A DNA stretch of 50,267 nt from Patescibacteria group bacterium (lineage in GTDB: Bacteria; Patescibacteriota; Patescibacteriia; Magasanikbacterales; UBA922), in assembly GCA_018823045.1 (NCBI GenBank), contig JAHJIX010000011.1, positions 1 through 50,267 on the forward strand, written 5' to 3'. The notes beneath the pieces are model-generated. The model saw only the letters and a list, made by a program, of their open reading frames with translations, had not been told where the DNA came from and made no database searches. The translations under genes were made by a program, and so were the position numbers. Positions 36,860-45,100 of the stretch are shown here, piece by piece (the stretch's first letter is position 1; each line of letters opens with the position of its first letter).

Positions 36860-39294
36860 TTACTTTTTTCCTCAACCTGCTCAAAAACAAATACGCGTTG
36901 TTTCCCATCTGGATGATCAAAATACCGATGGACATCATACCCCTCTTTTGTGAGTCTTTCAACGGTATCAAGTGCAACCTGCCAATGATCTTCAGCAGAA
37001 AAAGCACGGACAATCAATCCTTTTGGATTATCATCTTGATCAATAAACGCAAGTAAATCTTCTTCTGTCATATAACGAGATATAGCGTCTGCATTCTGCT
37101 TCACATCAGCAACCATGGTATAAAACCATATATCCTTTTTTATTTCTTCAATCCCTGTAATTCTAAATCCAATATCTTCTACATACCTTATTCCCACAGA
37201 GATCGCTGGAGAAGCTGTAATATGAAAAGGAGACTCTTCTACAACTTTTGTGAGGGAACCCAACATCATTACTTCTCCAATTCCAGCACCCCGATAGTTA
37301 GAATTGACATTAAACCACTGACCATATAATTCATCTGGTTTTTCTGGTATTGGTGTAAAACCAAAAAAACCAAGAATATTATTTGCATATTCATTTTCAG
37401 TATCTACTTGAAGACCCTTTGCTTCAGAAAGATCTTCAATCCTCAATATAAAAAATTCTGTTTCTTTCTGAGAAAATGCACCTTCTAGCCCACGAACAAC
37501 TTCCTCAACAATTGCAGATTCTTGTGTAGACCAATTTTTAAATACAATTTCTTTCATTCTCTCTTGATCAATAGGTGAAATTTTTATTGCCCGCTCTCTA
37601 TTCAAAGATAAATTATTAACAACAGAAATATCTACACGCTCTGCTCCCTTAAACTTCTCCCGAAAAATAGCCGAAAAAGCCACAACTTCTCGATTTACCC
37701 CTTCTAATAATGTAATTAACTGAGCCATTTTTTCATCATCCCGCATCACAGTATGATATTTTTTTAGTAAACCGGTTGCTTTATTTAAAATACTGGTACT
37801 GATTCTCGTTGTGGATAATCCTTCTGCATAATTATGTTCAGTAAAAAAATCTTCTATATGAATATCTAATTCTTCTGCTGCCCGAATAATTTCACTAAAT
37901 TGATGAAAAACATCCTGGGCTATTTCTTTTTTTTCTCTTGCTTCAAAATACTTTGCCATAGAAATAATACGGCCAGAAGATTTCTCATCAGCTTCAGTCG
38001 CCAACAAACAACGTATTCCCTCTATCCCATATTTTTCTTTTAATTCTATTAAAACCTGAGCTTTATGTTGTGCTTCTTTACTCTCAAATTCTTCACCAAT
38101 AAATTGATACACCCAAAAGATTTCTCGGACACTTAAATTACCAATTAAATTTCGATAATGAATATGAAAATCTGGTAAATCTATTAAAAAACGATTTCTC
38201 TTTTCTTCTGGGTAACCCCCTTCATGCGAAAAAAGTAAATTATATCCTAAATTTTCATTTATCGTAGCTGTAATAGTCTCTCCATACCCACTTCTATCCA
38301 TCTGACGTGATTTGACTTGTATATAACCGATTGGGCCCAACCTCCCAAAAATACTAATTGTTTCTGCTGAATCTAATTGTTGCACATATATTGCATCCTT
38401 AGGGATATGTCCTTCTATAATAAAATGCTTATCTAATATATCAAAAGTATTTCCTTGTATTGAGACGGGTCCAACATCAACGTTTTTTAAAATCCAATCA
38501 TAAGTATCAGCTAATCCAACTTTTTTCTCAATTCTTGCTTTCTTTCTTTTTGCAAGGAGATATTGTGCTTGTTCTTCATCGACAAGTTCAAATATATCAC
38601 AGATTGCACGAGTAAATTTATATGGATATGGATGATCAATCCATGCATCTAAATCTGCTTTAAATCTATCTGGATCTATAAGAGATTGTAAAGACATAAC
38701 TTTCTGTGCATTTGTAAAGTTTGCTCGATTTGATGATGAATAAGATTCTTCATCTAAACGCCACTTTAAATCAGCATTATAAGGTGCATTATGCTCTGCA
38801 TATTGATGAGATCGATCATATTCACCATTATACGGAACTCCACCCCCAGCTGTGATTTTTTTCATTAATGCATTCCTGATATCTTCTGCTAAGATATTAA
38901 TAATAGCTGCTACAGACTCAACACCTGCTTCAAGTGATTTAAATACATACTTTTTTAACATTGTTAATAACTCCGCATAAACAATTTCATCAAATCCAAA
39001 TTGATCTTCTGTTCCTTCATTAATCCCTGCGTAAGGAATATCTTTACGCTCATCACCACGCAGTGGCAAATCAGATTCTTCTTTTCCTCGTATCTGATCA
39101 AGTAATCCATCATCTTCAATTAAAAAATGCAATTCATCTTCTATCAATTCATGATCTTTTAATTCTCGTAACATATCAATATATGCTTCTACGGTATCCG
39201 CTGATTCAAATCGTTTTTTCCAATAAAAAAAAGACTCATGTTCTTTATGAGTTTCTTCTTCACTACGGGGATATCTTCGCTCTGATCTATTCAT
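36856..39294 (-). CDS. Large acidic protein with C-terminal GNAT acetyltransferase domain
   Basis: FNVNSNYRGAGIG acetyl-CoA motif A and YVEDIGF motif B. Confidence 0.75.
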   Translation of the reverse strand: MNRSERRYPRSEEETHKEHESFFYWKKRFESADTVEAYIDMLRELKDHELIEDELHFLIEDDGLLDQIRGKEESDLPLRGDERKDIPYAGINEGTEDQFGFDEIVYAELLTMLKKYVFKSLEAGVESVAAIINILAEDIRNALMKKITAGGGVPYNGEYDRSHQYAEHNAPYNADLKWRLDEESYSSSNRANFTNAQKVMSLQSLIDPDRFKADLDAWIDHPYPYKFTRAICDIFELVDEEQAQYLLAKRKKARIEKKVGLADTYDWILKNVDVGPVSIQGNTFDILDKHFIIEGHIPKDAIYVQQLDSAETISIFGRLGPIGYIQVKSRQMDRSGYGETITATINENLGYNLLFSHEGGYPEEKRNRFLIDLPDFHIHYRNLIGNLSVREIFWVYQFIGEEFESKEAQHKAQVLIELKEKYGIEGIRCLLATEADEKSSGRIISMAKYFEAREKKEIAQDVFHQFSEIIRAAEELDIHIEDFFTEHNYAEGLSTTRISTSILNKATGLLKKYHTVMRDDEKMAQLITLLEGVNREVVAFSAIFREKFKGAERVDISVVNNLSLNRERAIKISPIDQERMKEIVFKNWSTQESAIVEEVVRGLEGAFSQKETEFFILRIEDLSEAKGLQVDTENEYANNILGFFGFTPIPEKPDELYGQWFNVNSNYRGAGIGEVMMLGSLTKVVEESPFHITASPAISVGIRYVEDIGFRITGIEEIKKDIWFYTMVADVKQNADAISRYMTEEDLLAFIDQDDNPKGLIVRAFSAEDHWQVALDTVERLTKEGYDVHRYFDHPDGKQRVFVFEQVEEKSN

Positions 39295-39326
39295 ATGAGT
39301 TATTATATCACAGATTGTCTCTTTTT

Positions 39327-39548
39327 TTATATATCAAAAGAGAAGGCGGTGCAGGCCTTCTCCGAGTGGTGATATATTGTTTCGTCTCTTTTAGCAGCGT
39401 CGCTACCATGGACAAGATATATCAACTCGCCCATTCCCCATGTGTACTCTTCAGCGGTAGCCTCCGAATACCACTCTAGCCAAGGGTATGGCATGCAGTT
39501 TGCTTCACAGCAATCCACTCCCGGTTTACTGCCGGTGCAGTGAGCCAA
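39327..39548 (-). CDS. Small Cys-containing hypothetical protein
   Basis: 73-aa ORF directly after 39556-39750 in a GC-richer block; TTG start uncertain. Confidence 0.45.
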   Translation of the reverse strand: MAHCTGSKPGVDCCEANCMPYPWLEWYSEATAEEYTWGMGELIYLVHGSDAAKRDETIYHHSEKACTAFSFDI

Positions 39549-39555
39549 GCAGAGG

Positions 39556-39750
39556 CTAGGCGGCTACTGACCGCCGCCGCTCAGATTGGAGTTCATCATA
39601 AACTCCAATGAGGATCCAGTGATCCCCAGAGCAACGGAGGCAATAGCAAGCAGCCTCAAAGCAGTGCTGGCAAAACCATGAATGGCTTTCCAGCGTGGCA
39701 CCCGCGCGAAAATACGCGCGGACAGCTTCTGCTTTCTGTCTACTTGACAT
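39556..39750 (-). CDS. Small Cys-rich (Zn-finger-like) protein
   Basis: CQHC..CYCLRC; first ORF after promoter P2 and its leader. Confidence 0.55.
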   Translation of the reverse strand: MSSRQKAEAVRAYFRAGATLESHSWFCQHCFEAACYCLRCSGDHWILIGVYDELQSERRRSVAA

Positions 39751-39970
39751 GAAGATCTCTTTTCATGAAATCTCACCCCACTCCTTGCTCCCCTGATGCT
39801 ACCGTGCAATATCAGGGGTATTCGGAGTGGGGCCTTTCTTTTCTTGTGAAACAACTTGCTGGACTATCCAGTTACCCACCCCAACACATGCTACGGTGAC
39901 AAGTTGGATTTTTCCTCCTCCACTTTCCTATATAAAAAATCTCTGCACAAAAAAGTAAAGAAAGAAAAAA

Positions 39971-40064
39971 TGCTGATACTCGTCAAAAGGCTCTCTCTTC
40001 CCTTTAAGCAATATCAGCAATGCTTTTCTTGATACAAGTGTATAACACACAAACGCTATTGTCA
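39971..40064 (-). ncRNA. Leader motif A, copy 2
   Basis: TGACAATAGCGTTTGTGTGTTATACACTTGTATCA then a TGCTGATA/TATCAGCA stem enclosing TAAAGGGAAGAGAGAG. Confidence 0.6.
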
Positions 40065-40079
40065 CTTTGACAACGTCGA

Positions 40080-40108
40080 AGTATAGCATAGAAAAATGAA
40101 TATGTCAA
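40080..40108 (-). promoter_or_regulatory. sigma70-type promoter P2
   Basis: TTGACA-17-TATACT with extended TG. Confidence 0.8.
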
Positions 40109-40168
40109 GCTGCACAAATTCACAATTATGTTTATTGCCTACACTAAGCTAATTTATATCCTTAATAT

Positions 40169-40190
40169 ATGTAAAGTGGTGATTAGACAT
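40169..40190. promoter_or_regulatory. Putative operator (ATGTCTA-N8-TAGACAT family)
   Basis: ATGTAAA-gtggtgat-TAGACAT, with flanks similar to 35342-35395. Confidence 0.55.
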
Positions 40191-40371
40191 ATTTATGTCA
40201 AAACATAAAAAAATAACTAAAATAACACAAAAAACAGCTCTTTATATAAAAAACTGTTCTTTTAGGGGTATATGTGATGAAATACGTCTAGTTCACTAGA
40301 GGTATTTACATAAATGTGTACACTACTCAACACAACTACCTTGATTTTATTTCTTAGTTGACAAGTTACAT

Positions 40372-41367
40372 TTATTCCACCCAATCATCCTCTGCCTCAT
40401 ACACAGACGCAGGTGCATAGCGAAAATAAAAATTTCCTGGTCCCATCTGCTGATAGAGCCAATCAGCAACATCTTGCACATCTTCTAAATTTGCAGGGAT
40501 CAACTTTCTCTGCTGTAATTCTTTTACATATTGTTCTGCCACCTTTGCACCAATTTCTGCTGCTTTATCCAAATTAAGTGCTAACCAAAATACACGAATC
40601 CCATATTCCTCTATTGTTTGCTCAGCGTCATCATCTAATGTTAACTCCATACCACGACTGAGTGCCTCTGCATAAAATCGCAGCATCTTAGCAAGCATCT
40701 TTGGCCCAATTTGATCATGATATTGTTTATACTCATAATCACTTTGCCTTACTATCCCTCGAATAATATCTCGCAAACATGCATCCGTTGCTACAACATA
40801 CTCATCAGTCGCATACAGCTCATTCATTGTTAAATCTCGTGTATTAAGATATTCTCCAATATTTTCCAAGACTTCCACACCATCTCCTTGTTTAAAATCA
40901 TCTGGCATATACTCTTGAGCGAGTTCATTATCCATTCCAGGCTCTGGTTCATCTTCTGTCAAACGCACGATATCTATATCACGAGGTAATGATGTCGGAT
41001 CAATCCCTAAATTTCTCAGTAATAAAGAGCGAGCAGCTCCTCCTTTATATCCATACCCCTCTGGCAAGCGTTTCTCCATAAAATGCTCTGTCACAGGCAA
41101 ACGATAACTCCATTCATCTATCTGCTCTAATCCAACAAGATGTAATTCTTCTGCTGTCAGATCTGACAACTCTTTTTCTCGTGCAATATGCTCAATAATA
41201 GCTAAACGTTGTTCGCGTTTTACTGTCTCATCTACGGTCTCTTGTTCTGCCTTTTTTAGTAGTTCTACCGCCTCTGGGAACTCTTTTTGTGCATATTTAA
41301 GCAAAGAATCCTTAAAAGACCCTGCCTGAGGTGTCTTAATTTCTAGAGAAAACCTTTTTTTACTCAT
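40372..41367 (-). CDS. Class II nucleotidyltransferase-like protein (CCA/poly(A) polymerase head domain)
   Basis: KGGAARS..RDIDI and RDLTMNE resemble GGxVRD..DxD and RDFTIN. Confidence 0.7.
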   Translation of the reverse strand: MSKKRFSLEIKTPQAGSFKDSLLKYAQKEFPEAVELLKKAEQETVDETVKREQRLAIIEHIAREKELSDLTAEELHLVGLEQIDEWSYRLPVTEHFMEKRLPEGYGYKGGAARSLLLRNLGIDPTSLPRDIDIVRLTEDEPEPGMDNELAQEYMPDDFKQGDGVEVLENIGEYLNTRDLTMNELYATDEYVVATDACLRDIIRGIVRQSDYEYKQYHDQIGPKMLAKMLRFYAEALSRGMELTLDDDAEQTIEEYGIRVFWLALNLDKAAEIGAKVAEQYVKELQQRKLIPANLEDVQDVADWLYQQMGPGNFYFRYAPASVYEAEDDWVE

Positions 41368-41627
41368 ATCAATAATATAAAAATATCTATATATGTATTA
41401 TAGCAAATATACCACTCATTTGCACAAAAACACAAAATACCCATTTTTATGCTTAAATAAGCCAAAAGAAGAAATTTGCGTTCAACGAGAAATCTTTGAC
41501 TGGTCTGTTTTGCCTAGTGGCAAACAGGGATAACCCATTTCGGGCCAGTACACCCAAAAAAAGGAGAAACCCTATCACAGATAGGGCCTATCGCTCCGAG
41601 TTGAACCCCGACCAATTGGTCGGTGAC

Positions 41628-41783
41628 ATGCTCGACGAGCTCCTCCGTGAAGAGTGCCCAGGCGAGAACGTCTGGGTGCCGGGGATCATGAACGGGGCCA
41701 TGGGCGCAACTTTGCGTCTTATGGCCGCCGCTGATCTCCTCACGGAGGCCGCCAAAGAAAAGCTCGGCCTCAAAGAAGGCTGA
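41628..41783 (+). CDS. Small hypothetical protein in a GC-rich patch (start uncertain; frame open from 41496)
   Basis: GC-rich ORF flanked by the same spacer motifs as the main array. Confidence 0.5.
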   Translation: MLDELLREECPGENVWVPGIMNGAMGATLRLMAAADLLTEAAKEKLGLKEG

Positions 41784-41950
41784 GCCATAATTGGCTAGTC
41801 GGACCCAGCTGTGCCCGACGATAAAGAAACTGGGAAAGCCACAACAGAGATCCAGGAGAAGTTGTGGCGGCGGATCTGTTCCGTCGGTCTAAAGTAACCA
41901 CATTCGTGGAAACGATAGATCTCAAGACAACCCGACACACTCGGGACCCC

Positions 41951-41987
41951 AAAGGCATCTCTTGCACCAGAGACGCCTTTTATTTTA
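41951..41987 (+). terminator. Terminator-like hairpin with TTGCAC loop
   Basis: AAAGGCATCTC-TTGCACCA-GAGACGCCTTT-TATTTT. Confidence 0.7.
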
Positions 41988-41990
41988 CAA

Positions 41991-42018
41991 AAAAACACCG
42001 TCAACAGACGGTGTTTTT
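41991..42018. terminator. Bidirectional terminator after rpoC
   Basis: AAAAACACCGTC-aaca-GACGGTGTTTTT. Confidence 0.85.
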
Positions 42019-42033
42019 ATGTTTCTTATGTAT

Positions 42034-42094
42034 GGGATCCTTCGACTCGTTTCACTCACTCCACGTAAAAAACACGTGGCACAGCAGAATGACA
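42034..42094. repeat. REP-like half element
   Basis: GGGATCCTTCGA...CAGAATGACA. Confidence 0.65.
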
Positions 42095-42102
42095 AGCAAA
42101 AT

Positions 42103-45100
42103 CTATTTATCTTCCTTAAACCCAGTTCCTACAGGAATGAGTCGTCCGATAATCACGTTTTCTTTTAGCCCATCTAAGTAATCGATCTTTCCAGTAATTG
42201 CTGCATTGATCAATACTTTTGAAGTTTCTTGGAAAGATGCAGAAGAAAGGAAACTTTGGGTAGACAATGCTACTTTACTAATCCCCAAGAACATTTCACG
42301 TCCTTTTGCTTCTTTTTTACCATCTTTTCTTGCGTGCGCGTTTGCAATCAACAATTGTGATTTTTCTACGACTTCACCCGGAAGAAGATCCGTATCTCCT
42401 GACTCTTGAACATACACACGTGAGAACATTTGTTTAATAATAATTTCAATATGTTTATCATTTAAACTTTGTCCTTGTGCAGAATAAATTTGTTGAATTT
42501 CTTCTAAGATATAGCGTTGTACAGCATCACGTCCTTTAAGTTCAAACAATTCTTTTAAATCAATCGATCCTTCAGTGAGCTGATCACCTTTTTCAATTAC
42601 ATCACCATCTTTTACCCAAAGTTTATATCCCATTGGAATAACATATTCTTTAGTATGACGCCCTTCGTAGCGGAGAGTAATTTTTCTTTTTTCAATTGAA
42701 ATTGCTCCGCCATACTCTGCTTTAATTTTTTCACCAGAGTCACCACGAACAACAAGGACATCACCTTTCTTTACTTTTTGTCCTTCTTCTACACGGACAT
42801 CATCTGTTTTTTTAAATGTAAGAACAAGCTCCTCCATTCCTTCAAAATGAACTTTAACAATCTTTTGTCCACGACGACCTTCAAAAATTTTACGTCCAGT
42901 TGGACTCGTAATAATCTTTCCATCGGCATCCTCAACTTCAACAGATCCAGCAACTTCAGATAGTGTCGCTTTTCTTTTTGGTTTACGAGATTCGAGCAAT
43001 TCTTCAACACGTGGAAGACCTTGTGTAATATCTCCGCCACCAGCAATACCACCCAAATGGAAGGTTCTCATTGTTAACTGTGTACCAGGCTCACCAATAG
43101 ATTGTGCAGCAATAGTTCCTGCAGCTAATCCTTTTTCTGCTGGTTCATTATCACTCAAATCAGTTCCATAACACTTTGCACAAATTCCTTTTGGTAAGGT
43201 ACATTGTAATACACTGCGTACATGTACTGACTCTACTCCTGCTTTATGCACTTCTCGTGCAACTGGCGCAGTAATAAGTCCACCTTTTTTAAGAACAACT
43301 GATCCATCAGCACCTAATACATCTGCGAGTACGTAGCGACCAGCAACACGATCTGATAATTTTTTATTCATGTTTTCTGACACCTCTTTTGTAATGATTT
43401 CTCCAGTTGTATCACCACAATCTTCTTCTTTAACCACCACATCTTGAGCAACATCAACTAAACGACGGGTCAAGTACCCAGCATTTGCTGTACGAAGCGC
43501 CATATCTGAAAGTCCTTTACGGGTTCCATGAGATGAAATAAAAAACTCAATCGCCTCAAATCCTTCTTTAAAGTTTCCTTTTACGGGCAACTCAATAATA
43601 TCTCCAGATGGAGAAGCCACCAGCCCTTTCATACCAATAACTTGCCCTAATTGTCCCCAACTTCCACGCGCGCCAGAATCAATCATAGCAAACACAGGAC
43701 CATCTTTATCAAGAGCTTGTTTATTATGTGAAACAACTTTTTCTTTTACCTCTGTCCAAATTTCAAGAACCTTTGCATGACGCTCGCTATCTGTTAGTAA
43801 TCCTTCTTGATATTGTCCTTCTACTTCTTGTACATCAATATCACCTTGTTCTAAAATCGCTGCTTTTTCTTTAATATCTCCAAAGTCACTCATTCCAAGT
43901 GAATACCCCGATTTTGTTGCATATTTAAATCCAAGCTCTTTCATACTATCAAGCACAGCTGCAGTTGGTGCTTGTCCATAAAACTCAAGAAGCATTTGAA
44001 TAATTTGTCCTAAATGTTTTTTAGTTACCGATTCATTATAATATGGTAACTTATTTGGAAGTACTTCATTAAATAAAATACGTCCAATACTCGTTTCTAC
44101 TAAATGAGATTGTCCTTCTTCAAATTTTGACATATCATCAAAACGAACAACTACACGCTCTTTTAAGCTAATTTGACGAATACTGTATGCATGCTTTACT
44201 TCTTTAATACTTGAGAAGTATCGGCTTACTTTTCCGGTATCGTTTTCTGCATATTTTGTTAAATAATATGAACCAAGTGCAATATCTTGCTGTGGAGTAA
44301 CCACAGGACTTCCTGTTGCCGGTTTTAAAATATTATTTTCTGATGCCATTAAATTTTCTGCTTCCCATTTTGCTTCTTCAGTCAATGGAAGATGAACAGC
44401 CATCTGATCTCCATCAAAATCGGCATTAAACGCAGGAGTCACTAACGGATGCAAACGAATTGCCTTTCCTTCAACTAACCGTGGACGAAACGCTTGAATA
44501 CCCAAACGATGCAATGTCGGTGCACGATTTAAGAGTACCCGTGTTTTTGTTGTTAGTTCTTCTAAAATATCCCACACTTCAGGAGCATTCGTTTCAATAA
44601 AACGAGAAGCACTTCGTACATTATGTGCTAACTCACGTTTAATAATTTCTGACATAACAAATGGCTTGAATAACTCAAGAGCCATGCGTTTTGGTAATCC
44701 ACACTCATCAATATGCAAATGTGGACCAACTACAATCACAGAACGACCAGAATAATCTACACGTTTTCCAAGCAAATTCTGACGAAAACGCCCTTGTTTT
44801 CCTTTTAAAATATCTGCAAGAGAACGAAGTTGTCGTTTTTGCCCAGTTGAGGCTGTTACTGTTTTTGATGCACGTGCATTGTTGTCAATCAAGGCATCGA
44901 TTGCTTCCTGCAACATGCGTTTTTCATTACGACAAATAACTTCTGGCGCATTTAAACTCATCAAGCGCTTTAATCGATTATTTCGATTAATAACCCGACG
45001 ATATAAATCATTTAAATCAGATGTTGCAAATCGTCCACCATCAAGTGCCACCATTGGTCGAAGATCTGGTGGAATAATAGGGATAGCCGTCAAAATCATC

